A stretch of 64,000 nt of DNA from assembly GCA_052389555.1 (NCBI GenBank), contig JBQTHV010000036.1, forward strand, positions 18,531 to 82,530, given 5' to 3'. The position numbers and the translations under genes are program-made. The notes under the pieces are model-generated. The model was not told the DNA's origin. It did not search any database and saw only the letters and a program-made list of their open reading frames with translations. The number at the start of each line of letters is the position of its first letter. Position 1 is the stretch's first letter. Of the stretch, positions 46,038 through 55,641 are shown in pieces. Source of the DNA: Gemmatimonadales bacterium. Lineage in GTDB: Bacteria; Gemmatimonadota; Gemmatimonadetes; Gemmatimonadales; GWC2-71-9.

Positions 46038-47563
46038 GCGGCCGCTCCAATCGCCACGGGCAGGAATACCCGGAAGTTGGTGCCGCGGCCCGGCTCGGAA
46101 TCCACCTCGATCCGGCCGTAGTGCTGCTCCACGATCCCATAGCAGATCGAAAGACCTAACCCGGTGCCGCGACCCGGCGGCTTGGTGGTGTAGAACGGCT
46201 CGAAGATCTTGGGCAGGTCGGCCGCCGCAATGCCGTGGCCGGTATCCGCGATCTCGATCTCCACCTCGTCGCCGCGAGCCGGATTGGTCCGGGTCGTCAC
46301 CGTGAGCACGCCGCCCTCGTCCATCGAATCGACGCCGTTCAGCATGAGGGCCATCAGCACCTGGATCATCTGCTCGTCGTTGGCCAGGATCGGAGGAATG
46401 TCGTCGCCGAGGTGCCTGGTCACGGTGATGCGCTTGAACCGCTGGTGATGCTTCAGCAGGAACAGGGTCTGCTCGACCAGCTCATTGACCGGCGTCGGAC
46501 CCTTCGGGACGGGTTCCCTGGGCCGGCTGAAGTCGAGCAGGCCCTCAACGATCCGGCTGCACCGGTCCACTTCCTTGTCGATGATTTCGAGGTACTCCCG
46601 GACGGTCGCGTCGGTCTTGCTGATCCGCCCTTCGATCGCGGCCACGCAGGCGCCAATCGTCGCGAGCGGATTGTTGATCTCGTGCATCACGCCGGCGGCG
46701 AGCTGGCCCACGGCGGCCAGTTTCTCGCTCTGGAGAATCCGAAGCTGCACCTCACGCGACTCGGTGACATCCTCGCCGATCGTGATCACATGGGTAATGG
46801 CATCGCCCTCGAGCCGCATCGGGATCCGGCTGATCCGGTAGTATCGGGTGTCCCCGGCTCCCTGGCCTTTGACCTCGATATCCAGTTGCTGGAGCTCGCC
46901 GGCCCGGAACACCCGGTCGAACTCGGCCTTGAGCTGGACCGCAGGCTGCCGGGTTAGGACCTCGAAGACCTGGCGCCCCACCACGTCGGATCTTCGCAGG
47001 CCCTGGGTACCCAGCTCCCGCTTCCGGTTCCAGACCTGAATCCGGTAATCCCGGTCGATGACATAGAGGCCGACCGGGAGACTGTCGATGATGAGGCTGG
47101 TGAACCGGCGCTGCTCCTCGATCGCGCGAGAGCGGCTTGCCACTTCGAGGGCCAGATCCTCAGACAGCGCAACCGTGCCGAGAAACGGCGCCAGCAAGTC
47201 ACCGACGATCGGCAGTACCGCAGCCATGCGCTCGGGCGGCTGAGCCGGCGGGACGAACTCGAGCTCGAGCAGGCCGACCCGCGTCCCCGCATGGATCAGC
47301 GGAACTCGGCGTACTCCCGGCCCTGCCGGGGGCAGCGCGTCGAGCGACTCCACGAAGTACTGCCTGCTGGGCCGGGTCACCCCGGTAAATCCGGCGGACC
47401 TCGGCTCGCGACGCCAGATCACGGCGCGTTGCGCACCCAGACCATGCTGCAGAGCCACCGCGACGGTCCGCAGCGTTTCATCCGGTCCCAGGCCGCCGTT
47501 CAACACGCCGGCGATCTGACCGATCAACTCCAGCGCCGACCGCCCGGCCGCGAGCTCCGTCAT
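46034..47563 (-). CDS. sensor histidine kinase (cytoplasmic GAF-PAS-HisKA-HATPase)
   Basis: H-box AAGVMHEINNPLATI, ...LNGVDSM...DTGHGI...GTGLGLSICYG. There is no TM segment. It overlaps the regulator start by 4 nt. Confidence 0.9.
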   Translation of the reverse strand: MTELAAGRSALELIGQIAGVLNGGLGPDETLRTVAVALQHGLGAQRAVIWRREPRSAGFTGVTRPSRQYFVESLDALPPAGPGVRRVPLIHAGTRVGLLELEFVPPAQPPERMAAVLPIVGDLLAPFLGTVALSEDLALEVASRSRAIEEQRRFTSLIIDSLPVGLYVIDRDYRIQVWNRKRELGTQGLRRSDVVGRQVFEVLTRQPAVQLKAEFDRVFRAGELQQLDIEVKGQGAGDTRYYRISRIPMRLEGDAITHVITIGEDVTESREVQLRILQSEKLAAVGQLAAGVMHEINNPLATIGACVAAIEGRISKTDATVREYLEIIDKEVDRCSRIVEGLLDFSRPREPVPKGPTPVNELVEQTLFLLKHHQRFKRITVTRHLGDDIPPILANDEQMIQVLMALMLNGVDSMDEGGVLTVTTRTNPARGDEVEIEIADTGHGIAAADLPKIFEPFYTTKPPGRGTGLGLSICYGIVEQHYGRIEVDSEPGRGTNFRVFLPVAIGAAA

Positions 47564-47691
47564 CGGCTGGCGACTCGTTCTCTCTGGCTCATGCCGTGTC
47601 GCCGACCTCGCCTCCGGCTCGGTTCCTCATGCGATTCGCTGTAGTCTAACCGATCGGGCCCCGCGATGACCGGCACCGGCGAACGTCCCGC

Positions 47692-48287
47692 TCAGAAGGA
47701 ATGCGGCGTCCCTAACCCGTACACCGCCGTCTCGGGATGGTAGGTCGTCCAGTCGAACCAGTAGTCCTTGAGGACATAGATCGCCCAGTAGTCCTTGAGG
47801 ACATAGACCGCCGTCAGCGGCCTGCCCTGGAGCGGACCGGCAATCGCGCGGCCGGTCACCTGTTGCCACCAGGAGCCGGTTTCCCGATCTTCCATGATGA
47901 AGTTCTGATTGTTGATGCCGGCGAGCCGGAAGCTCAACACCTGTCCGTCCACTGTCCGCTCCCACCCCAGACCGGTGTGGCAAAGCGTTCAATAGGTCGC
48001 GAGGATGGGCACTCCACCGACCGAATCGTTCACGAGGTGATGATAGGCGAGCTGGCGCACCGGATACCCAGCGGGGTCACCGCCGATCAGGACCGCGAGG
48101 ACCATGTCGTCCGGGTTCACGAGAACTCGGCCTGGGCGGCCCGCACAAAGCGAGGGTCCGTCAGCGGGGCGAACATCCATTCGAAGTAGTTCTGGCGCGC
48201 GAGCCACGCGGAGCCGACGATCGGCAAGGCCAGCACCGCGGCCAACACCCGAGGCACGACCCACCGTATTACTCGGCTCCGGTTCAT
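47692..48287 (-). pseudogene. DUF3179 family gene interrupted by a frameshift (~48120) and an in-frame TGA (47989-47991); alternatively a selenoprotein
   Basis: Three collinear pieces are present. The first is [28 protein letters not shown]...AAQAEFS* (48117-48287). The second is ...VNPDDMVLAVLIGGDPAGYPVRQLAYHHLVNDSVGGVPILATY-TGA. The third is TLCHTGLGWERTVDGQVLSFRLAGINNQNFIMEDRETGSWWQQVTG...HPETAV. The TGA occupies the first Cys of the family CxLC motif. Confidence 0.7.
47758..47811. repeat. 27-bp tandem duplication inside the DUF3179 gene
   Basis: ccagtagtccttgaggacataga occurs at 47758 and again at 47785, giving YVLKDYWAI-YVLKDYWFD. Confidence 0.9.
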
Positions 48288-48877
48288 TCCCGTGCTCCTC
48301 GGAAGAAGAACATGATCTCGTGCTCGCCCAGCAGCGTCAACACGGCGCGATCGCCCTCCACCGGCACCTCATCGACGGTGACCTGCCCGATGGGCCCCAC
48401 GTTTCGAAGCCCAACCACGAGGGGAATCGAAGGGCCGAACTCGCGTTCCAGCCGCACCGTTGCCCAGTCAGCACGGGCCCGGATATCCAGGTCGAGCACG
48501 GTGCGGTGGCATCGGAGGCCCCGCAGTCGGAAGGCTCGCCATCCTTCGGGCAGCCACGGCCTGATTTCGTAGCGGCCCCCGGCCGCATCAGCTCGAACCC
48601 CGAAGAGGCCTGCGACGACGTGTCGAATCAGCGTTTCGGGGCCCGGCAACGCGGCCGACCCCACCCGCTTGAACCCCTTGGCCCACTCGAGCAGCAGGGC
48701 CTGCGCATCGGCGTCCCATTCCGGCCCCGAGCCCGGGTCGGCCCGTATTCCCGCCGGGTTATGGCGTGCGGCCCAGACAAACGCCTGATCGAGAGACGCC
48801 TCGGGAGTGGTGAGATGCGCTCGGGTCAGCCCGTGAAGCTCTCCGCCACGGCGCTCCAGTTCACGACGTTCCACCAC
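48284..48877 (-). CDS. hypothetical protein, possibly an orphan C-terminal fragment of a larger glycoside-hydrolase-like protein
   Basis: ...[32 protein letters not shown]...[10 protein letters not shown]... resembles C-terminal beta-sandwich tails of large glycosidases, judged from memory only. The start lies 52 nt inside the sodA 3' end, and the stop overlaps the DUF3179 ATG (ATGA). Confidence 0.4.
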   Translation of the reverse strand: MVERRELERRGGELHGLTRAHLTTPEASLDQAFVWAARHNPAGIRADPGSGPEWDADAQALLLEWAKGFKRVGSAALPGPETLIRHVVAGLFGVRADAAGGRYEIRPWLPEGWRAFRLRGLRCHRTVLDLDIRARADWATVRLEREFGPSIPLVVGLRNVGPIGQVTVDEVPVEGDRAVLTLLGEHEIMFFFRGARE

Positions 48878-49431
48878 GCCGTGAGATAGTCAGCCCGGCG
48901 ATTCTGGTATCTCAGATAGTACGCGTGCTCCCACACATCGCACCCTAACACGGGGTGCTTGCCGTCCATCATGGGATTGTCCTGGTTGGCCGTGCTCTCG
49001 ATGGCGAGCTTGCCGTCCCGGGTGCGTACCAGCCAGGCCCACCCGCTCCCGAACCGATCCAGGCCGGCCTTCTGAAACTGTTCTTGGAAGCTCTCGAACG
49101 CGCCGAACGTGGACTGAAGGGTCCTGGCGAGCTCGCCTTCCGGAGTCTTTGCGCCGCCCGGCGTCATCCATGTCCAGAACAGCGTGTGGTTGAGATGCCC
49201 GCCGCCGTTGTTACGCACCTTGGTCCGGATCGCCTCGGGCACTTTGCCGAGGTCGGCGAGCAGGGCTTCGAGCGACAGATTCTGAAGCGCCGCCTGGCCC
49301 TCCAACGCGGCATTCAGATTGGTCACATAGGCCTGGTGATGCTTGCCGTGATGGATCCGCATCGTGGTCTCATCGATGTGCGGCTCCAGAGCGTTGTACT
49401 CGAACGGCAGGGGAGGAAGCGAGAACGGCAT
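48826..49431 (-). CDS. sodA: Fe/Mn superoxide dismutase
   Basis: [32 protein letters not shown]...[11 protein letters not shown]...[15 protein letters not shown]. Confidence 0.94.
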   Translation of the reverse strand: MPFSLPPLPFEYNALEPHIDETTMRIHHGKHHQAYVTNLNAALEGQAALQNLSLEALLADLGKVPEAIRTKVRNNGGGHLNHTLFWTWMTPGGAKTPEGELARTLQSTFGAFESFQEQFQKAGLDRFGSGWAWLVRTRDGKLAIESTANQDNPMMDGKHPVLGCDVWEHAYYLRYQNRRADYLTAWWNVVNWSAVAESFTG

Positions 49432-49497
49432 GGCCCATACCTCGGTGCGGTCGGCGCCCTAATATAACGGCGGGCGGCAGGTCGCTCCGCACACCGG

Positions 49498-50718
49498 CTA
49501 ACGCGCGGACCCGTCCAGGTCGCCGATCGTGCGAAGGCTCGGCGGCCGGATGCGCCGGAGACGAAGCGAGACCTGCTCGGCGCGAGCCAGCGCGCGGAGG
49601 ACGTTTTCCCCACCCAGTTGGCGGAGTTCGGCGGCCTTCCAGCCACGGCGGGCGAGCTCCGCGAAGAGCGCCGGGTAGGTGGAGACATCCTCCAACCCGT
49701 CCACCGTATCGGTGATCCCGTCGAAGTCAGCGCCGATCCCCACATGATCAGCGCCGGCCACCTTGCGGATGTGGTCGATGTGGTCGGCAACATCGGCGAT
49801 GGTAACCCGCGGGGGAGGGTGAGCGGCGCGCCAGGCTTCGCTCGAGTCGGACCAGGTGCGACGCGCCGCCGAAATAAACGACGGGACGAAGGGTACCATG
49901 ACGACGCCCCCGTTTTGGGCCACCCGAACCAGAATGGAATCCGGCACGTTGCGCGGATGATCCACCAGCGCCTGTGCCGCCGAGTGGGAGAAGATGACCG
50001 GCGCTTCGGCCGAGGTCAGCGCATCGCTCATCGTGGCCGGGGACCCGTGGGAGAGATCCACCAACATGCCAAGCCGGTTCATCTCGCGCACCACCTCTTC
50101 GCCGAACCGGGTGAGGCCACCGTGTCGCTGTTCCCCGAGCGCAGCATCGGCCCAATCCAGCGTGACATTGTGGGTGAGGGTCAGGTAGCGGACCCCGAGA
50201 TCGTAGTAGGCGCGCAACGCACCGAGCGAGTTCTCGATCGCGTGGCCTCCTTCCATGCCGAGCAGTGAGCCGATGCGACCGGCGGCAAAGGCGCTCCGCA
50301 CGCCGGCGGCGGTGGTCACCAATCGCAGCGATTCCGGATACTTCGCGATGACGCGGCGGGCAATGTCGATCTGCTCGAGCTGCACCCGGGCATACCCCGA
50401 ATCGCCGATTTCGCCGGGCACATAGACGGACCAGAACTGCGCGCCCACCATTCCCTGCCGGAGCCGCGCCAGATCGGTGTGGCCGGGTGTCCGGCGCCGG
50501 AGATCGTACCGCTCGACGTCGCGGCTCATCGCCGTGTCCTCGCGGATCCGCCACGGCAGGTCGTTATGCCCATCCACCAGCGGCGTTGTGCGCAGGACCT
50601 GCCTCGCGAGCACGAGGTGGGGATCACGGACCTGCCCGGGAAGCGCGGGCGCCGCGCCGGCGAGGAGGACCATAGCAATCTGCGAAATCCGGGTAATCTG
50701 GAACGTGGTCGAATTCAC
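49498..50718 (-). CDS. membrane dipeptidase (peptidase family M19)
   Basis: PLVDGHNDLPW...GAQFWSVYVP...GMEGGHAIENSLGALRAYYDLGVRYLTLTHN...DLSH...FSHSAA. GTG 50718 gives a signal-like N-terminus; ATG 50673 is an alternative. Confidence 0.88.
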   Translation of the reverse strand: MNSTTFQITRISQIAMVLLAGAAPALPGQVRDPHLVLARQVLRTTPLVDGHNDLPWRIREDTAMSRDVERYDLRRRTPGHTDLARLRQGMVGAQFWSVYVPGEIGDSGYARVQLEQIDIARRVIAKYPESLRLVTTAAGVRSAFAAGRIGSLLGMEGGHAIENSLGALRAYYDLGVRYLTLTHNVTLDWADAALGEQRHGGLTRFGEEVVREMNRLGMLVDLSHGSPATMSDALTSAEAPVIFSHSAAQALVDHPRNVPDSILVRVAQNGGVVMVPFVPSFISAARRTWSDSSEAWRAAHPPPRVTIADVADHIDHIRKVAGADHVGIGADFDGITDTVDGLEDVSTYPALFAELARRGWKAAELRQLGGENVLRALARAEQVSLRLRRIRPPSLRTIGDLDGSAR

Positions 50719-50844
50719 GGAATCACCAATGAGCGAGTGCGTGCAGGCCGGTCTTCCCGAATACCTCAGCCAAAGTAGGCGAGTCCATGCAGTTTCGGTA
50801 CAGGCTTTGCACCGACGTGCCATCCTCGCAGGGAGGAGAGCAGC

Positions 50845-51489
50845 GTGATTACGGCCGATGCCCGCAGTCGTCTCACTCGCGAGGACCTCGAGCTCCTTGG
50901 TTCCTGCTTCGGCACCCGCTCGGTGCCGACGCATCTGGATCAGGTGCTCGACCGGCGCGAGATCGCAAGCTATCTCCTTACCGCGACCATGCCGGGCCCC
51001 TCGCCTTCCCTGCTCTTCTACGTCCTGGTCCGGCATGCCCTGCTCGACGTCGGGGTGAGGGACCCCTCGGTTGCCGATTACTTCGCGGCCGTGATCCGCG
51101 AGTTCGGTATCCGTCAGCGAGCCAACCGGGTTGACGACCTGGACGACCACGACCATCACTATCTGGTCGACATCCTCGCCGATCTCGCTGCCGCGAGCGG
51201 GGCGCGACAGTTCAAGGTTTCGGTCCACCTGGGCAACTACGCACTCTGGCTGGCAGGCCTCTTTCCCGAGCGGATCGCCGCCCAGCGGATTCGCCGCGGT
51301 GGTCCCGATGTTTCATACTACGAGAGTCTGGGCGGTCGCGGCTTTGCGGAAGCGTCGGAGCACCGGCTCGCCGAGCAGGTTGGGCTCGAAGAGATCCTCC
51401 GGACTGCCGCCGAACGCGCCCACGAGATTCGAGTGGCGCTGAATCAGGTCAGTGACCACCTGGTTTTGCGGTCTCGGCTCGCTGCCTAG
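50845..51489 (+). CDS. hypothetical protein (214 aa)
   Basis: The GTG start is preceded by a strong Shine-Dalgarno sequence GGAGGAG (50832-50838). Composition is coding-like and I recognise no motif. Confidence 0.6.
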   Translation: MITADARSRLTREDLELLGSCFGTRSVPTHLDQVLDRREIASYLLTATMPGPSPSLLFYVLVRHALLDVGVRDPSVADYFAAVIREFGIRQRANRVDDLDDHDHHYLVDILADLAAASGARQFKVSVHLGNYALWLAGLFPERIAAQRIRRGGPDVSYYESLGGRGFAEASEHRLAEQVGLEEILRTAAERAHEIRVALNQVSDHLVLRSRLAA

Positions 51490-51551
51490 CGAATCCGAGT
51501 TAGGAGCTTCCTCCTCGCAACTCGCTACTCACTAGCTCCTATATTCCCACC

Positions 51552-52478
51552 ATGCCGCGAATCGTCTCGTTTCTGCCGGCCGGGACCGAGATCGCCTACG
51601 CGCTCGGCGCGGGCGCGGAGCTGGTCGGACGGTCGCACGAGTGCGACTATCCCCCGGAAGCGATCGGGTTGCCGGTAGTTTCGCGGCCGGCCCTGGCGCT
51701 CGAGGGCCGGACGCCGGACGAGGTGGATCGGGCCGTGGCCGAGCGGCTCCGAAGCGGCGAGAGTTTATACGAGATCGATGAGCACCTGCTCCGTGACCTC
51801 GCCCCCGAGATCATTCTCACCCAGGACCTCTGCCAGGTCTGCGCCCCTTCCGGCCACGAGCTCAGCCGCGCGGTGCGCGAGCTTCCGGGCAACCCGAAGA
51901 TCGTCTGGCTGTCGCCGGGTAACCTGTTCGAGATTGAGCAGAACATCCTGGCGGTCGGGGAAGCAACCGGGCGAATTCCGGAGGCACGAGCGCTGATCGA
52001 GCGGAATCGCGAACGGATTGCCAAGGTCCGACGAGCCGTGTCGAGCGCTCCGGTGCGGCAGGTCGTGGTATTGGAATGGGTCGATCCGCCGTTTGCCGCG
52101 GGCCACTGGGTTCCCGAGATGGTTTCCTACGCGGGAGGCCGGGAGCTCCTGGGACATCCGGGGGCCAAATCGGAGCGGGTTACGCTGGACGCCGTGCGGG
52201 CCGCTGCCCCCGAGATCGTGATCCTGGCGCCCTGCGGGTTCGGACTCGACCGCGCCCTCGAGCTGGGAGCGCGACTCCCGGAAATGCCTGGCGCCGAGGC
52301 AATCGCGGTTGATGCGAATGCGTACTTCGCGCGGCCAGGACCGCGGGTCGCCGAGGGGATCGAGCTGCTCGCCCACCTGTTTCATCCGGAGCAGTTCGCC
52401 TGGCCCCATGCCACGCGGCCCTGGGGCCGGCTGCCGGACCTACATCCGGTGGCGGATCGCCCAGAGGTCCGGGAATAG
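51552..52478 (+). CDS. class III periplasmic-binding-protein fold (BtuF/FhuD-like cobalamin/siderophore-binding family), no signal peptide
   Basis: RIVSFLPAGTEIAYALGAGAELVGRSHECDYP...PEIILTQDLC...PEIVILAPCG. Confidence 0.65.
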   Translation: MPRIVSFLPAGTEIAYALGAGAELVGRSHECDYPPEAIGLPVVSRPALALEGRTPDEVDRAVAERLRSGESLYEIDEHLLRDLAPEIILTQDLCQVCAPSGHELSRAVRELPGNPKIVWLSPGNLFEIEQNILAVGEATGRIPEARALIERNRERIAKVRRAVSSAPVRQVVVLEWVDPPFAAGHWVPEMVSYAGGRELLGHPGAKSERVTLDAVRAAAPEIVILAPCGFGLDRALELGARLPEMPGAEAIAVDANAYFARPGPRVAEGIELLAHLFHPEQFAWPHATRPWGRLPDLHPVADRPEVRE

Positions 52479-53222
52479 CGGCTGCCACAGAGACTGCTTG
52501 AGGAACTCGACGCCCGGCGAGCCCCCGGTCCCCCGCTTGGCTCCGATGGTCCGCTCGACCAGCTTGATGTGCCGGTAGCGCCATTCCTGAAATCCCTCGT
52601 CGAAATCGGTCATCAGCTCGAACAGAATGACGAGCTCCGGCTGCTCGTGATAGACCCGGAGCAGCTCTTCCTGCAGAGCCGGGCTCGGCTGGGTCGGCTG
52701 GGTAACGTCCCGGGTCAGGAGCTCCCCGGGGACGCCCACCCCCCGTTGGTGGAGGAACCGGTAGAAGTGATCGATCACCGACGGATCGGTGAGCCAGCGC
52801 TCGGCCGTTGCGCGCTGCCCTTCGTGCTCCGGGATCGCCGCAACGACTCCGGGACGCTTGTAGCCATAGGCGAATTCGATCTCCCGAAACTGGAATGACT
52901 GAAAGCCCGAAGCGGTGTCGAGCCGGTCGCGGAAGGAGGCGAACGAGAGCGGCGTCATGGTTTCCAGAATATCGAGCTGCCCGACCAGCGTTTTGAGCAC
53001 GGTCCGGAGCCGTTTCCAGGTGTGGATGGCACCGTAGAGATCGTTCCCCGAAAAATCGCGCCCGATCTTGAGCGTCTCGTGGAGCACCAGCTTGAACCAG
53101 AGCTCGTAGGTCTGGTGGATCACGATGAATAGCATTTCGTCGTGCTCGGGAGGCAGGGACCGCGGCTGCTGCAGCCGGAGCAGCTCGGGGAGGCGGAGGT
53201 AGGTAGAGTAGGTGAGCGGCAT
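52440..53222 (-). CDS. kynA: tryptophan 2,3-dioxygenase
   Basis: MPLTYSTYLRLPELLRLQQP...HDEMLFIVIHQTYELWFKL...SGFQSFQFREIEF...GTGGSPGVEFL. ATG 53222 is chosen. Confidence 0.9.
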   Translation of the reverse strand: MPLTYSTYLRLPELLRLQQPRSLPPEHDEMLFIVIHQTYELWFKLVLHETLKIGRDFSGNDLYGAIHTWKRLRTVLKTLVGQLDILETMTPLSFASFRDRLDTASGFQSFQFREIEFAYGYKRPGVVAAIPEHEGQRATAERWLTDPSVIDHFYRFLHQRGVGVPGELLTRDVTQPTQPSPALQEELLRVYHEQPELVILFELMTDFDEGFQEWRYRHIKLVERTIGAKRGTGGSPGVEFLKQSLWQPLFPDLWAIRHRM

Positions 53223-53227
53223 GACGA

Positions 53228-53255
53228 GGGAAGTGTGAAAAGTGAAAAGTGAGCG
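53228..53255. repeat. tandem heptamers GGGAAGT GTGAAAA GTGAAAA GTGAGCG in the kynU-kynA spacer
   Basis: Four 7-nt units begin 6 nt upstream of the kynA ATG. I saw no inverted partner nearby. Confidence 0.75.
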
Positions 53256-53297
53256 GTGCAACGGGCGAACCGGTACCCCACCAATTCCGAGACCGGG

Positions 53298-54569
53298 TTA
53301 GGCCGCCACCAGGTCTCCCAGCGCGTGGGCGAACCGCCAGACCTCATGGAACGTATTGTAGAACGGTACCGGCGCGGCCCGGATCACGCCGGGATTGCGG
53401 TAGTCGGTGACGAACCCGCGTTGCCGCAGGGCCCGCACCAGGGATTCCGCTCCTCCGACTTGCAGGGAAACCTGACAGCCTCGGGCCGCCGGGTCGCGCG
53501 GGGTCAGGAGGCGTACCGGCTTACCCGGAAGCCGATCGATGAGGAACTCGAGATACCCGGTGAGTCGTTCCGACTTGCGGCGCAGCACCGGCATGCCCAC
53601 CCGGTCGAAGAGTGCCAAGGACGCGGCTAACGGCGCCATCGCGAGGACCGGCGGACTGCTGATCTGCCAGCCGGCGGCATCCGCCACCGGGACGAAGCCA
53701 GACCCGGACTGCATCTCGAAGCGGGTCTCCGGGTCGTTCCCCCACCAGCCCCCGAACCGGGGCAGCAAGCGATCCCCGGCGTGGCGTTCGTGCAGGAAGC
53801 AACCCCCGATCCCGCCGGGGCCGCCGTTCAAATACTTGTAAGAGCACCATGCCGCGAAATCCACGTCCCAGGCGTGCAGCTCCAGCTCCACATTCCCGAT
53901 TGCGTGGGCCAGGTCGAAGCCGACCAGGCATCCGGCCCGATGCGCCGCCGCGGTCATGCGCGGGAGGTCGAGGAACTGTCCGGTGTAGTAGTGCACCCCG
54001 CTGAGCCAGACGACGGCGATCTCGCTACCCCGCTCCGCGAGAAGCCCCTCGACATCTTCGGTGCGAAGCAGCGGTTCTCCGGGGCGGGGCCGCGCGATGA
54101 GGACCGCCTCGGGCCCTAACCCGCGGTATTGTGCATGTGACGCCACGGCGTAGGCATCCGATGGGAACGCGGCGGGTTCGATCAGGATGCGGGTTCGCGC
54201 GCCCTCCGGCCGATAGAAGGTGACCAGCAGCAGGTGCAGGTTCACCGTCAGCGCGTTCATGGCGATCACCTCACCGGGGAGTGCCCCGACCAGCCGGGAG
54301 AGCGGGTCCCGGAGCCGTTGGCTGTAGGTATACCACGGGTCGGGACCCTCGAAATACCCGTCCACTCCCAGCCGGGCCCAGCGTTCGAGCTCGTGGTCGA
54401 GTTGAGCCATCGCCCCGCGGGGCAGGGCACCGAGGGAGTTGCCGCAGAAATAGACCAGCGACTTCCCCCCTTCGGCGGGGAGCTCGAAGTTGGTTCGGTA
54501 CGACGCGAGGGGATCGGCCTCGTCCTGGGTCAGGGCCCAGGCCTCGTCGGGAGCGTAATCGGTGGTCAC
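53298..54569 (-). CDS. kynU: kynureninase
   Basis: LVYFCGNSLGALP...NALTVNLHLLL...VGFDLAHAIGNVELELHAWDVDFAAWCSYKYLNGGPGG (PLP-Lys region). Confidence 0.92.
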   Translation of the reverse strand: MTTDYAPDEAWALTQDEADPLASYRTNFELPAEGGKSLVYFCGNSLGALPRGAMAQLDHELERWARLGVDGYFEGPDPWYTYSQRLRDPLSRLVGALPGEVIAMNALTVNLHLLLVTFYRPEGARTRILIEPAAFPSDAYAVASHAQYRGLGPEAVLIARPRPGEPLLRTEDVEGLLAERGSEIAVVWLSGVHYYTGQFLDLPRMTAAAHRAGCLVGFDLAHAIGNVELELHAWDVDFAAWCSYKYLNGGPGGIGGCFLHERHAGDRLLPRFGGWWGNDPETRFEMQSGSGFVPVADAAGWQISSPPVLAMAPLAASLALFDRVGMPVLRRKSERLTGYLEFLIDRLPGKPVRLLTPRDPAARGCQVSLQVGGAESLVRALRQRGFVTDYRNPGVIRAAPVPFYNTFHEVWRFAHALGDLVAA

Positions 54570-55639
54570 GGGCGGTCCGTCGCACCCTCGGTGTTCACCA
54601 GGAACACCCGCGTGTTAGGGCCGAGCTTGAGAAAGCGCCGCGCCGCCAGGAGCTCGGGGGCTTCGAGCAACGCGAAGAGGCCGGCCAGGCCCGCCGCCCC
54701 TGAGGGGCCGGCTTCGATCGCCGGATCGGCCCCGAGCGGCTGGGCCAGCCGCCGCATCGCGGCCTCGGCAAAGCGGTCCTCGACGGTCAGGACCAACTCC
54801 ACGCCGCGACGCACAATCGGCCACGCGGTGAGCGAGACGTGGCCGCAATTGAGGCCGGCCATGATCGAGTCCTGCCGACCTCGGGAGGGGACCGGCTGTC
54901 CCTCCGGGTGATCCACCGAGGCCATCAGCGGGTCCGCTTCGACGGGCTCCACCGCCGCGAGCATGGGCTGCTCCCGCCGGCTCCGGAAGTGTTCCACCGC
55001 AGCCTGCGCAAGCCCTCCCACTCCGGCCTGAATCAGCACGACCTCCGGGTTAGGCAAGCCGGTGACCCGGCGTTGTTCTTCCGCTTCCTCGAAGAGCGTC
55101 GAGTAGCCCTCGGCGATGCAGTGCGGGAGGTCCAGATACCCTTCGTATCCGACATCGGCGACGACCTCCCAACCCCTGGCCGCGCTCACGGCCGCGCATC
55201 GCTGCACCGCGTCGTCGTAGGTCCCCTCCACCCGCTCGACCCTGGCCCCCTCCCGGCGGATATGCTCGATGCGCGGCGGCGTCGCATGCGCCGGGATGAA
55301 CACGACCGCGGGAATTCCCATCTGCCTCGCCGCCCAGGCAAGGGCGCGGCCATGGTTCCCTTCCGTCGCCGTCGAGACCGTGAGCGGCGCCGGGTGGCGA
55401 TCGAGGAGCCGGTGCAGCGCCCACGAGGCGCCCAACACCTTGAAGGATTGTAGCCCGAATCGCCCCGATTCGTCCTTGACCAGTAATCCCCCGATCCCCA
55501 GCGCAGCCGCCAGGGCGGCACAGGACCTGAGCGGGGTTGGCGCATAGCCCGCGAGCGTCCGATGGAATTCGCGCACCGGCTCGCGGCTCGGCTGCGGGGT
55601 CACCCCGGGCTCGAAGAACGGATTCACCCGCGCGCGCAT
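54566..55639 (-). CDS. fold-type II PLP-dependent enzyme, diaminopropionate ammonia-lyase-like
   Basis: YAPTPLRSC...LLVKDESGRFGLQSFKVLGASWAL...ATEGNHGRALAWAA...IQAGVGGLA. ATG 55639 is chosen; the upstream part of the track ORF overlaps the ocd gene in another frame. Confidence 0.78.
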   Translation of the reverse strand: MRARVNPFFEPGVTPQPSREPVREFHRTLAGYAPTPLRSCAALAAALGIGGLLVKDESGRFGLQSFKVLGASWALHRLLDRHPAPLTVSTATEGNHGRALAWAARQMGIPAVVFIPAHATPPRIEHIRREGARVERVEGTYDDAVQRCAAVSAARGWEVVADVGYEGYLDLPHCIAEGYSTLFEEAEEQRRVTGLPNPEVVLIQAGVGGLAQAAVEHFRSRREQPMLAAVEPVEADPLMASVDHPEGQPVPSRGRQDSIMAGLNCGHVSLTAWPIVRRGVELVLTVEDRFAEAAMRRLAQPLGADPAIEAGPSGAAGLAGLFALLEAPELLAARRFLKLGPNTRVFLVNTEGATDRP

Positions 55640-55641
55640 GG

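Noticed and set aside
51490-51551. A cobalamin riboswitch upstream of the BtuF-like gene, or a weak heptamer-like pattern (gagttag gagcttc ctcctcg ...).
   Set aside because: At 62 nt the spacer is far too short for a cobalamin riboswitch. The heptamer periodicity is degenerate and has no inverted partner, so it is not convincing.
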